Shown here piece after piece: positions 18,790-29,165 of a stretch of 64,000 bases of DNA. The translations under genes were made by a program, and so were the position numbers. Below the pieces are notes generated by a model. That model saw only the letters and a list, made by a program, of their open reading frames with translations. It was not told the DNA's origin and searched no databases. Source of the DNA: Nitrospinales bacterium (GTDB lineage: Bacteria > Nitrospinota > Nitrospinia > Nitrospinales > VA-1); the NCBI GenBank assembly GCA_965223345.1, contig CBDCWG010000012.1:416001-480000 (forward strand), in the 5' to 3' direction. Numbering within the stretch: position 1 is the stretch's first letter; every line of letters starts with the position of its first letter.

Positions 18790-20520
18790 TCAGTACCTCG
18801 CAGACACGCTGAAGAACACGCGCGGATCGCGGTCCCCTTCTGCGGAAACCTTGCGGTTCAAGGGAAAGTCCACTTCGATGTAGCCGGAAAGAACATCCGT
18901 CAGGTTGAAGCGCGCGCCCAGCCCGGCAGATGTCAGATCCTGCCTGCGGGCCCCGGTTGCGGTATCGACCCGGTTCCACACCATGCCGTAGTCGAAAAAT
19001 GTGTAGGCCTGCAGGTCGCGCAGAAAGCGCTTGCGCACGGCGATGGCGCGCTGCAGTTCCAGCTTGAACGCCAGCCCCTGATCGCCGGTGATCTCGGAAG
19101 GATCGTAGGCCCGCCCGTACGTGCCGCCGCCGACGCCGAATTCCTCGGAAGCCAGGAGCTTGTCGAACGCGTATTGCCAGTCCACGGAACCCAGCAGCAT
19201 CCAGGAGGGAACCAGCTGCTGCAGACGGGTGAAGCCGCCGGTGAATTTTGTGAAATCGCTTTTACCCTGGGCGCGCGTGAGGTTCGCCGAACCGGGCTCG
19301 GTGGCGTCGAGGATGTTGAGCCCCTGATGAAATCGCAGGCGGATCAGATTGACGCCGCGGAAGCGGTCGGCGTAGTCGTAGGTCGCGCCCAGATCGAGGA
19401 CGCGCAAACGGTCCTCGGAGTCGATGACGCCGAGGATCTCGGTCTCGGTGTTGCGGTGGGTGTAGCCGATCTGCGCGCGCAGCGATTCGCCGCGCGAACG
19501 CAAAAACGGATGCGACCAGCCGAAACGGAAGCTGTGGCTCTCGCCTTCCACGTTGAACACGGCGAGGCTGGAACCGGGCTCGGAGCGGCTGACGGTGCCC
19601 GATAAAAAAAACTGCGTGCCTTCGGCGGAGACGGGCAGGTCGAAAAACGCGCGCACAAAGTACAGCTCGCTGGGGTCGCCGGTGACCACGCCCTGCACGC
19701 CGAGACGCTCGTAAGCGTTGAGCAGGTTGTTTGAGGACGCGCCGGCAAACAGCTGCACCGGGCCGTTGAAGCGGGTGCCGCGGTTGTCCACGCCGAGATG
19801 GGCGTTGTAGGCTTGCTGGTCGAGGATCAGGGTCAGCCGCGACGCGCCGGAGTTCTGCTCGGAAGGCGTGAGCACGGATTCGACCGAAAGGCCCGGCAGG
19901 TCGTCCATCAGCAGCAGGTAGCGTTCCAGGTCCTTCGCGTGCAGCGGCCGGGAATTCAACAGCCGCTTGCGGTAGGCGTTGAGCAGCTTTTTCGGTCCCT
20001 CGATGTCGCCCTGCACTCTCACGCTGTCCACATAACCTTCGACGATGTCGATGACGGCGGCGCCGTTTTCGATGGTCTGCGGCGGCACCAGCGCGCGGGA
20101 CAGGATGTAGCCGTCGTTGCGGTATTTGCGGGTGATGGCGTTGGCGACTTTATAGATGTGCTCCAGCGTCACCTCGCGCAGCAGCAGTTTGCGGTACAGG
20201 GGAATGAACTGGGTGTCGGCATAAACGGTGGAGCCGCGCACCTTCAGTTCCTTGAGTTGAAACCGGACCTTTTTGAGGTTCTGCGGAAACAGCGGTTTGA
20301 GGGTGTCGGGCTGGATGGGGACGACCGTGGACTCGGGAACGGGCGGGATTTCGAAACGCTCGTCGAAACGCTCGGGATTCGCCTGTTTGTAGGTCTGATC
20401 GCGTCCCTGGGGGCTGATCTGCGCCGCGAGGGTGCCCGCAAAAACCAGCTGCAGCACAAACACCGCGAGCCATCCGGTTACGGTCTTCAAACCGTTGTCT
20501 TTAGTAAAGAAAAATTCCAT
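18790..20520 (-). CDS. TpsB transporter, ShlB/FhaC/HecB family
   Basis: POTRA motifs (YRNDGYILSRALVPPQTI, LERYLLLMDDLPG), DNRG, loop-6 motif GRAYD, C-terminal ...VSARY; start estimated at ATG 20520. Confidence 0.92.
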   Translation of the reverse strand: MEFFFTKDNGLKTVTGWLAVFVLQLVFAGTLAAQISPQGRDQTYKQANPERFDERFEIPPVPESTVVPIQPDTLKPLFPQNLKKVRFQLKELKVRGSTVYADTQFIPLYRKLLLREVTLEHIYKVANAITRKYRNDGYILSRALVPPQTIENGAAVIDIVEGYVDSVRVQGDIEGPKKLLNAYRKRLLNSRPLHAKDLERYLLLMDDLPGLSVESVLTPSEQNSGASRLTLILDQQAYNAHLGVDNRGTRFNGPVQLFAGASSNNLLNAYERLGVQGVVTGDPSELYFVRAFFDLPVSAEGTQFFLSGTVSRSEPGSSLAVFNVEGESHSFRFGWSHPFLRSRGESLRAQIGYTHRNTETEILGVIDSEDRLRVLDLGATYDYADRFRGVNLIRLRFHQGLNILDATEPGSANLTRAQGKSDFTKFTGGFTRLQQLVPSWMLLGSVDWQYAFDKLLASEEFGVGGGTYGRAYDPSEITGDQGLAFKLELQRAIAVRKRFLRDLQAYTFFDYGMVWNRVDTATGARRQDLTSAGLGARFNLTDVLSGYIEVDFPLNRKVSAEGDRDPRVFFSVSARY

Positions 20521-20697
20521 TCGCAGAATACTTATCGGCCACAGAAAAAATTTTTTTAGGCGCGGCTGCACACACGGCGGAGAAACCGGTCGGATCCCGG
20601 GAACAGGGGGGAGGTGTTCCCGCTGCGAACCGGCTGAACGCGGCGCGGCTTTGGGATGGAGATGCGTGCCGATGGCACGCATCCATCGGTTCAGATG

Positions 20698-20714
20698 AGC
20701 AAGCTCTGTGCCAA
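20698..20714 (-). promoter_or_regulatory. Sigma54 (-24/-12) promoter for tpsB-tpsA
   Basis: Minus strand reads TTGGCACAGAGCTTGCT, matching TGGCAC-N5-TTGC with GG-N10-GC spacing, ~180 bp upstream of tpsB. Confidence 0.75.
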
Positions 20715-21028
20715 AGGCCCGCATTAACTGTTGGAGAAACAAGGCGTTTAAAACAAACGGCTAATAGGGGAGGCGCGCCGGGAAGCGCGTGACGGCGTGG
20801 AAAAAACAGGAAAATAGTTCCGCAGGCGGACGCTTTTTACCGGGTGGAAGGCCGGTTTTTCAGGCGTTTTGGGTGGGGGAGCCGGGATAGAGACCTAACA
20901 CCAAATAAAACAATCATCTCGCATTTTAATGCGTTACACTGGAAGGAACGGCGGGATGTTCCGCAGCCGCAATCATCCGGCCGCAGGCGACATTCATCCG
21001 ATCAACAGAACGAATCACGAACCGGGAC

Positions 21029-21223
21029 ATGGAATCTGCCAGCAAACTCAAAACATTGAACATGTGCGATTTCTGCAGCAAGGAACCCAAAACCTGCGGC
21101 GCCACCCCGGTCTACGCGCGCAAGATCAACCGGAAACCGAAAAATCTCGCCGATCCGCAATCCGTGATCGCGTGTTCGGGTTACGAAAACCCGATGGACG
21201 CGTTGCGCGATAAATTTCATTGA
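21029..21223 (+). CDS. Small Cys-containing hypothetical protein (64 aa)
   Basis: CDFC-x6-C-x25-C pattern; host-like codons; GGGA upstream of the ATG. Confidence 0.55.
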   Translation: MESASKLKTLNMCDFCSKEPKTCGATPVYARKINRKPKNLADPQSVIACSGYENPMDALRDKFH

Positions 21224-21441
21224 TTTGTTCCCACACCCCGTTTCGCCTCCCGAACCGACACCCCCGCCAACGCCCTAACCTCCGATATTACTGGGCTCTG
21301 CCGGCCTTTTTGTTGACACATTTGTGACTTCAACTTCATGCTTCCGTGATACCCGCTCCCTATACTCCGAGATGCTGCAGGGAAATGTACGTGCATTTTT
21401 TCCCGGCGCATTCGTTCAATATCAAACACGGAAGAGGTCTC

Positions 21442-21849
21442 ATGAACAGCAGTGATGAGTCAAAAAGAAAACTGGTCGAGTTTTTGTGGGTTGAAATCAA
21501 CCGGGCCATTCTCACATCCAAGGAAGTGAAATCCTCTATAAAAATCCTGCGGGATCTGGATCTGCTGGACCATTTGTCGGATTACAACCTGGTCCTCGAC
21601 GTCAACGCACTGGTCGATCTGATCCAGAGAAACGAAACCATCCGCGAGTCCAAGGACCGCCGCGCCGGAGACAAACCGGAAGTGCAGGACAAGGCCGCCG
21701 TGGATCGCGACGAGATCAAGCCTTTGGATATGGTGGATGGAAAAGAGCTGAGCCGCAATGAAGTCCAGTTTCAAAAGCACATGGAAAAGAACTTCGACGA
21801 GGGAGAATGGATGAAACAGATCGGCATCCGTTTCCTCAACAGCGACTGA
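21442..21849 (+). CDS. Hypothetical protein (~135 aa)
   Basis: GAGG RBS before ATG 21442; natural helical composition. Confidence 0.7.
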   Translation: MNSSDESKRKLVEFLWVEINRAILTSKEVKSSIKILRDLDLLDHLSDYNLVLDVNALVDLIQRNETIRESKDRRAGDKPEVQDKAAVDRDEIKPLDMVDGKELSRNEVQFQKHMEKNFDEGEWMKQIGIRFLNSD

Positions 21850-21862
21850 CCCGTTCGCAGGC

Positions 21863-22120
21863 TCAGTTCTGCACGTTGTCGGCGATGACGACCACGTGAT
21901 TCTTGTTGACCGCGAGAAACTCCGCTTCATACATCAGCTTTCCGGTGCCCACATTGAAGACCTTGGCGCCGGACACGGGAATGAACCCCTCGCTCTCGTG
22001 GTTGAGCATGTCCAGCAGGCGGGTTTCGGGGATCTTGAAAATGGTTCCTTCGATGTTTTCGCTGGACGTGCGGATGATGGCATCGATCTTTTCCTTTTTG
22101 ACCACGCTTTTGTAAACCAT
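21863..22120 (-). CDS. Small beta-rich protein, DUF6812-like
   Basis: IEGTIF...RLLDMLN...FIPVSGAKV...FLAVNKNHV pattern recalled for this family; strong AGGAGGAG RBS. Confidence 0.75.
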   Translation of the reverse strand: MVYKSVVKKEKIDAIIRTSSENIEGTIFKIPETRLLDMLNHESEGFIPVSGAKVFNVGTGKLMYEAEFLAVNKNHVVVIADNVQN

Positions 22121-22361
22121 GTCGCTCCTCCTGTTTTTCCCCCTGTGAGTGATTGAGCCGCGCGGATCGTTGCGGAAGGATCCGCATCCCTTCGTCCCGC
22201 GTCCCGGTTCATTATCGGCCTGTGGCTGCGATGAGGACAGAACTATTTTTGCCCCGCCTCAAAGCGCCGCCTGTGAAATTTACAACCCCGCCGCCTTGTG
22301 TTAGGATTCGCCCCACCACCTGATTCGTATGGGCCCCGCTTCACTGGATACCGACCGAACC

Positions 22362-24491
22362 ATGATGTCATTCGATTCTAACCTCAACGCTCCGGATTTC
22401 CGCCTGCAGGGAACCGACGGCATCCGCCGTGAGGTCCGCAGGGCGTCCGAGTTTCCCGGCCTGTCGCCGCTCGAGGTGTTTTTGCAGCACGGCGTCGTCA
22501 CCGAAACGTTCATGGAACTGTACGCCTACGCCCACGTGTCGGGCCTGATCCAAGCGGGTGCGCTTCAGGCGGGGGCGGAATTCGTGATCGGCTGGGACCC
22601 GCGCGACCCGGAAGGCGTCTTCACCGAGGCGGTGATCCGCGGCGTGCAGAAGGCCGGCGCGTCCGCGCGGGTGCTGGGAGTGGTGCCGACACCGCTGGTG
22701 CCGATGGTCATCCTGCACAACGACGCCGGCGGCGGGTTCATGGTCACCGCGAGCCACAATCCGAAGGATCAGAACGGCATCAAAACCTTCTGCGCGCACC
22801 GCGGCATGAAGTTTCTGCCGGGCAACGACGCGGCGCTCACCCAGGCGATCCTGAAAGCGGACGCCGGACGCATCGCCGCCCTGCCGCTGACGGGGAAGCG
22901 CATCGACGGACGGGAGGCGGCGCTGGAGCTGCTGCGCCGATTTTCCGTGCTTGCGGCCAACTCCTGGATCGACGCAACGCTTTTGCCCGCCCTCAAACAG
23001 ATCACGCTGGTGGTGGACCCGGCCAACGGCTCGCTGTCTGCAATCGCGGCGGAGGTGTTCAAGCTCTGCGGCTTCGGCAAGGTGGTGGAGGTGAACGGCA
23101 AACTGAACGGCGACGTGAACCTGCATTCGGGTGTCGCGGATCTGGAGGGGCTCACCGCCATCACGCCGCTGATGATCGAAAAGGGCACGGGCGTTTTCCG
23201 CAGGCACAAGGCGGTTCTCAAACTGTTCGAGCTGGGACGCAAAGCACGGGACGCACTCAAACTGGGATCGCGCCGGGTCGCGGGCGCGGTGTTCGACGCG
23301 GACGGCGACCGGTTCTTCCGGCTCGAGTACAACCCCTTTGCCGACGCGCTGCTGGTGCTGAGCGGCGACGAAACGGCGTTTCTGCAGGCGCGCTACCTGA
23401 TGGAGAAGGAACCGAAGGCCACCAGGAACGCTCTGTACATCAACACGGTGGAAAGCGACCTCAATGCGGCGGTGGCGGCGCAACAGCTGGGCCTCAAACC
23501 GAAGCTGACGGCGGTGGGGGACAAATGGATCCTGCTGCAGACGGCGCTGCTGATCGCCGAGGCCAGGCTCAAACGCTTGAAAAAAGCTTCCGGCGGCAAA
23601 CTCCCCGCCGCCCTCTCCCGCCAGTGGGACGCGGTGCGCAAGCAGGAACGATTTCAGGTCGAGCCCTTCGCAGCGCTGGAAAAAGCCATCGACAAGGCAA
23701 ACAAATCCGGCCCCGCCTGGGATCCTTTCACCGGCAAGGGAGAACGTCTGAAATTCGCGGTGGGCAGCGAGGAGACCGGGCACAACATCACGCTCGGCAG
23801 CCTGCCGACCGCACGCGGAGAAACGGTGCCGGTGTTTTGCGGCAACGGGCTCAAAAGCGCGTTGAACACGTTCGCGGCGACGGAAACCCTGTTTGCCGGA
23901 CAGCGCACGCGCGGGTATTATTCGGGCATCCACCAGCCCTTCAAGCCGGGTTACAAGGCGACGCTTTACGTCTACCACATCGACAAGTTGCGCTTCGCCA
24001 ACGGGACCGACCTCTGGAAGCGGGTGCGGCGGACTATCCTGACCACCGGGCGCGATCTGGGTTTCAAAGGTGCGGCGCAGCGGTTTCCGGAAGATCCCGA
24101 CATGCTCTACCTGACGCTCAAGCCAGGCGTGGACGCGGACCCGGCGGCGGTGTTCGTGCGCAACTCGGGGACGGAAAACAAGATCAGCGTCAACCTGCGC
24201 GGCGCCAAAAAGCAGGCGAAACCGCTCAACGCCATCGGCGAAGCGGTGCTGCGGCTGCTGCTGGCACAGATGAAGGACACCGGCGACCGTTATTACAAAC
24301 TGGAGCTGGATGTGCTGAGCCAGATCGCCGGCGGGCCGGTCCCGGAAAACAAACTCAAGGTCAACAAGGGCGTGCGCCACCGGCTGCTGTCCGAGATGGG
24401 CAAGCAGGGGCTGATCCAGCTCATCGAGGCGGGTTACCGCCTCACCCCACGCGGCAAATGGTATATTGCCAGCGACCGCAACGACGGCTGA
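22362..24491 (+). CDS. Alpha-D-phosphohexomutase (GlmM/PMM-like), enlarged to ~709 aa
   Basis: GTDGIR, TASHNP (phospho-Ser), DADGDR (metal), GSEETGH and RNSGTE motifs. Confidence 0.88.
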   Translation: MMSFDSNLNAPDFRLQGTDGIRREVRRASEFPGLSPLEVFLQHGVVTETFMELYAYAHVSGLIQAGALQAGAEFVIGWDPRDPEGVFTEAVIRGVQKAGASARVLGVVPTPLVPMVILHNDAGGGFMVTASHNPKDQNGIKTFCAHRGMKFLPGNDAALTQAILKADAGRIAALPLTGKRIDGREAALELLRRFSVLAANSWIDATLLPALKQITLVVDPANGSLSAIAAEVFKLCGFGKVVEVNGKLNGDVNLHSGVADLEGLTAITPLMIEKGTGVFRRHKAVLKLFELGRKARDALKLGSRRVAGAVFDADGDRFFRLEYNPFADALLVLSGDETAFLQARYLMEKEPKATRNALYINTVESDLNAAVAAQQLGLKPKLTAVGDKWILLQTALLIAEARLKRLKKASGGKLPAALSRQWDAVRKQERFQVEPFAALEKAIDKANKSGPAWDPFTGKGERLKFAVGSEETGHNITLGSLPTARGETVPVFCGNGLKSALNTFAATETLFAGQRTRGYYSGIHQPFKPGYKATLYVYHIDKLRFANGTDLWKRVRRTILTTGRDLGFKGAAQRFPEDPDMLYLTLKPGVDADPAAVFVRNSGTENKISVNLRGAKKQAKPLNAIGEAVLRLLLAQMKDTGDRYYKLELDVLSQIAGGPVPENKLKVNKGVRHRLLSEMGKQGLIQLIEAGYRLTPRGKWYIASDRNDG

Positions 24492-24543
24492 GCGCCGCTG
24501 CGCCTATCCCGCAAACGCAAACGTTGTTGGATTCCAAGAAACC

Positions 24544-25347
24544 ATGATCGCCATCGAACAGTTTTTTCCGCAACTGGCGCATTTCGCCCACAGTGATATT
24601 TTTGCGCAAGACGAGTGGGCCTTCGAACCGCTCAAAGAGCTGGAGACCCACATCCTCAAGCTCATCGAGCAGCAGAGCGCGGAAACGCTGACGGACCTGG
24701 AAGGCACGACGGTGGTATCCGCCAGCGACCCCGCGGGCAAACGCGGCGGCAAGGGGCTGATTTTCAACCGCTGGATCGAAACGGCGTCGGCGGTGCACCT
24801 TCCCGCCCTCGATATCTGGATCGGCGAAGGCGTTTTTCTGGAACCGACGGCGATCATCAAGGGACCGGCGATCATCGGCGCGGGCTGTGAGGTGCGCCAG
24901 GGGGCGTACCTGCGGGGCAATGTGCTGGTCGGTTCGCGCTGCGTGCTGGGTCACGCCACCGAGATCAAAAACAGCATCCTCATGGATCACACGGAATGCG
25001 GCCATTTCAACTACATCGGCGACAGCGTGGTGGGCAGCCACGTCAACCTGGGCGCGGGCTCGAAACTGGCGAATTTTCAGTTCCGCACGCCTGAGGAAAA
25101 GCGGAACAACGTGATCCGCGAAATTTCCCTGCCGGTCGAGGGGGAAACCGTCGCCACCGGCATGCAGAAATTCGGCGCGGTGGTGGGGGATCACGTCGAG
25201 GTGGGCTGCAACGCGGTGGTCTCACCGGGGACGCTGATCGGCCGGGACAACTGGGTCTACCCCAACACCACGCTGCCCAAGGGCTATTACGCCCCCGACA
25301 CGCTCATCGGGCCGAAAGAACGCAAGCCGAAAATTTCCGGTAAATGA
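24544..25347 (+). CDS. Left-handed beta-helix acyltransferase resembling the C-terminal glucosamine-1-phosphate N-acetyltransferase domain of archaeal-type GlmU
   Basis: IKGPAIIG..CEVRQGAYLRG, EIKNSI, HFNYIGDSVVG..VNLGAG and KFGAVVGD hexapeptide repeats; no nucleotidyltransferase domain. Confidence 0.82.
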   Translation: MIAIEQFFPQLAHFAHSDIFAQDEWAFEPLKELETHILKLIEQQSAETLTDLEGTTVVSASDPAGKRGGKGLIFNRWIETASAVHLPALDIWIGEGVFLEPTAIIKGPAIIGAGCEVRQGAYLRGNVLVGSRCVLGHATEIKNSILMDHTECGHFNYIGDSVVGSHVNLGAGSKLANFQFRTPEEKRNNVIREISLPVEGETVATGMQKFGAVVGDHVEVGCNAVVSPGTLIGRDNWVYPNTTLPKGYYAPDTLIGPKERKPKISGK

Positions 25348-25455
25348 GCGCAAATCTCTCTATAATGGAGGCGATCCATCGACATCTTCGCCTCGCAGGC
25401 AGGACCCTTCCCCAGACCTTCGGGATTTGAGGGCGCATCGCAACAGCGTCAACGC

Positions 25456-25535
25456 GCGGGCGTGGCGGAACTGGCAGACGCGCTGGATTTAGGATCCAGT
25501 GGGCAACCGTGGGGGTTCGAGTCCCTCCGCCCGCA
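25456..25535 (+). tRNA. tRNA-Leu, anticodon TAG (CCA not encoded)
   Basis: Acceptor stem GCGGGCG/CGCCCGC, D-arm GCGGAACTGGCAGACGC, anticodon arm CTGGA-TTTAGGA-TCCAG, variable arm, T-loop GTTCGAG; usual position upstream of tig. Confidence 0.95.
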
Positions 25536-25709
25536 CTCCTCCGCGGAGAGCGAATATGTTCACAACGGACGAGGCGGCATAACCGGGTTTCGAACTTTTC
25601 TCCTGAGTCCGCATTCCATCGCAACAGGCGGGCGGGCTCCCGGCTGTTTCTGTCCGGGCTCGGCGCCGTTTCGCCGCAACACACGTTCAACTTTTTGAGT
25701 TTATAAATC

Positions 25710-27059
25710 ATGGAAATCGAAATCGAAGAAATCGACGCGTGCAACCGGAAGATCAAGTTCGACATCCCGCACGGGGACTACCAGAAGAAGGTGACGGATT
25801 ACTACAAATCGCTGGCGCGGGAAGTGAAGGTGCCGGGATTCCGCAAGGGCAAGGTGCCGCAGTCTCTGCTGGAAAAACAGTTCGGCCCGCGGGTGAAGCG
25901 GGAAGTGCTGACGCAGCTGATCGGCGACAAGGTGACTGAGGCGATCCGCGAGAAGGGCCTCAAGGCGGTCAGCCAGCCGAACCTTCTGGAAGTGCACGCG
26001 GAGGAGGGAACGGACATCACGGTGTCGGCGTCGGTAGAGGTGCTGCCGGATTTTGAGATCGGCGATTACAGCGGCATCGAAGTCGCCATGAAGATCCCGC
26101 GCATCACCGATGAGGAAGTGGATCAGATGATCGAAAGCTACCGCATGCAGAAAGCGGAAACCAAGCCGGTCACCGGGCGGACCTCGCAAAAGGACGATCT
26201 GCTCAAGATCGATTTCGTCGGCACGCTGGACGGCAAACCCTTTGAAGGCGGCGAGGCGAAGGACTACGTGGTGCAGCTGGGCCAGAAACAGCTGATCGAG
26301 GATCTGGAGGACAAGCTGTACGGCATGGAGATCGGCGAGGAAAAACAGACGCCGGTGAAGATTCCCGAGAATTATTTCAACAAGGCGATCGCCGGCAAAG
26401 AGGTGGATTTCACCATCTCGCTCAAGGGCATCCAGGTGCGGACGCTGCCGGAATTGACGGACGCGTTCGCGCAGAGCGTGGAAGCGAACAACAAGTTTGC
26501 AAGCGTCGCCGATATGAAGGCGAAGATCCGCGAAGACCTGGAAAACCACGAGAAAAAGCAGGCGCGCAAAAACGCGCAGAAAGAACTCGCGGAAAAACTG
26601 CGGGAAATCAACCCCGTCAACCTGCCGGAGGGCCTGGTGCAGGAGCAGATCCGCTTCATGGCGAAAGAATCGAAGAAAAAGGCCCAACAGGCCGGGCAGG
26701 CGCAGCAGCACGACCATGATCACGACCACGATCACGCCGGGGAAGTGTCGCCGGAAGAGCAGGAAAAATACCGCGAACCGGCTCTCAAAATCCTGCAGCA
26801 GGAACTGCTGGTGGACAAGCTGGCGGTGTCCCTGAATGTGGAGGTCACGCCCGAGGAGCTGGACGCGGAGGTCAACAATTTCATAAAGATGCTGGGAGGT
26901 GGGGATCCGCAGAAGATGAAGGCCGAATGGCAGAAAAGCGGGGTGCTCTCCAAACTGCACAATCGCATGCGCCGGGAAAAGACCCTGGATGCGGTTCTGG
27001 ACCAGGTTCAGGTGAAAGAAGAAATGGTTGACAGGAAAGAATTAATTGCTGATAATTGA
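25710..27059 (+). CDS. tig: Trigger factor
   Basis: PGFRKGKVP ribosome-binding signature, FKBP domain (IDFVGTLDGKPFEGG); tig-clpP-clpX-lon synteny. Confidence 0.96.
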   Translation: MEIEIEEIDACNRKIKFDIPHGDYQKKVTDYYKSLAREVKVPGFRKGKVPQSLLEKQFGPRVKREVLTQLIGDKVTEAIREKGLKAVSQPNLLEVHAEEGTDITVSASVEVLPDFEIGDYSGIEVAMKIPRITDEEVDQMIESYRMQKAETKPVTGRTSQKDDLLKIDFVGTLDGKPFEGGEAKDYVVQLGQKQLIEDLEDKLYGMEIGEEKQTPVKIPENYFNKAIAGKEVDFTISLKGIQVRTLPELTDAFAQSVEANNKFASVADMKAKIREDLENHEKKQARKNAQKELAEKLREINPVNLPEGLVQEQIRFMAKESKKKAQQAGQAQQHDHDHDHDHAGEVSPEEQEKYREPALKILQQELLVDKLAVSLNVEVTPEELDAEVNNFIKMLGGGDPQKMKAEWQKSGVLSKLHNRMRREKTLDAVLDQVQVKEEMVDRKELIADN

Positions 27060-27192
27060 TCGAGAAGATAAACCATATCTTTCTATTTCTTAAAGAGTTA
27101 CGCCTCTTCCTTGCGCCTTGGTTCCGTAAGCTTCCGAGGAGCAAATCCATTCTCAATCCGACATTCCCATTGAAAACACTAAAGAGACCGTT

Positions 27193-27858
27193 ATGAGCGA
27201 AATCTACAACCAGTTGGTGCCCATCGTCGTCGAACAAACGAGCCGGGGGGAACGTTCCTATGACATTTATTCCCGATTGCTGAAAGACCGGATCGTGTTC
27301 CTGGGGACGGCGATCGACGACCAAATCGCAAACCTCGCCATCGCCCAGCTCCTGTTTCTCGAATCCGAGGAGCCGGAGCAGGATATCTATATGTATATCA
27401 ACAGCCCCGGCGGTCACGTGAGCGCCGGACTCGGCATTTACGACACCATGCAGTACATCAAGCCGGATGTGCAGACCATCTGCATGGGCCAGGCCGCCAG
27501 CATGGGTGCGCTGCTGCTGGCAGCGGGCACCGCCGGCAAACGCTTCGCCCTGCCGCATTCGAGGATCATGATCCATCAGCCCAGCGGCGGGTTTCAGGGG
27601 CAGCACTCGGACATCGAAATCCAGGCCAAGGAAATCACCCATGTGCGGTCCATTCTCGATCAGATCCTGGCCCACCACTGCAATCAGGACATCGAGAAAG
27701 TGCACAAGGACACCGAGCGCGACCGGTTCATGCGCGCCGAGGAGGCCAAGGAATACGGTCTGATCGACAGCGTGATCGAAAAGCGGGTCGAGTCTCCCGA
27801 TCTGGAAAAGGCGGTCACAGCGGGAAAGGAAAAAAAGTCGGATAAAGAGAAGAAATAA
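27193..27858 (+). CDS. clpP: ATP-dependent Clp protease proteolytic subunit
   Basis: [25 protein letters not shown] and IMIHQP motifs. Confidence 0.98.
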   Translation: MSEIYNQLVPIVVEQTSRGERSYDIYSRLLKDRIVFLGTAIDDQIANLAIAQLLFLESEEPEQDIYMYINSPGGHVSAGLGIYDTMQYIKPDVQTICMGQAASMGALLLAAGTAGKRFALPHSRIMIHQPSGGFQGQHSDIEIQAKEITHVRSILDQILAHHCNQDIEKVHKDTERDRFMRAEEAKEYGLIDSVIEKRVESPDLEKAVTAGKEKKSDKEKK

Positions 27859-27913
27859 CTGCAACCTCGCGGTGCGGGCTCGCTGCGCCGCGAAACATTT
27901 GTAAGGGGAATGA

Positions 27914-29161
<1,248 letters not shown>

Positions 29162-29165
29162 TATC

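Noticed and set aside
22121..22260. c-di-GMP-I riboswitch-like words (GGGCAAA...GGGACGC) upstream of the DUF6812-like gene
   Set aside because: The GNRA tetraloop/receptor and P1 pairing could not be built; an Rfam scan would settle it
25456..25710. tRNA-Leu as an island integration site
   Set aside because: No integrase, no duplicated tRNA 3' end noticed, and the native tRNA-Leu-tig order is intact
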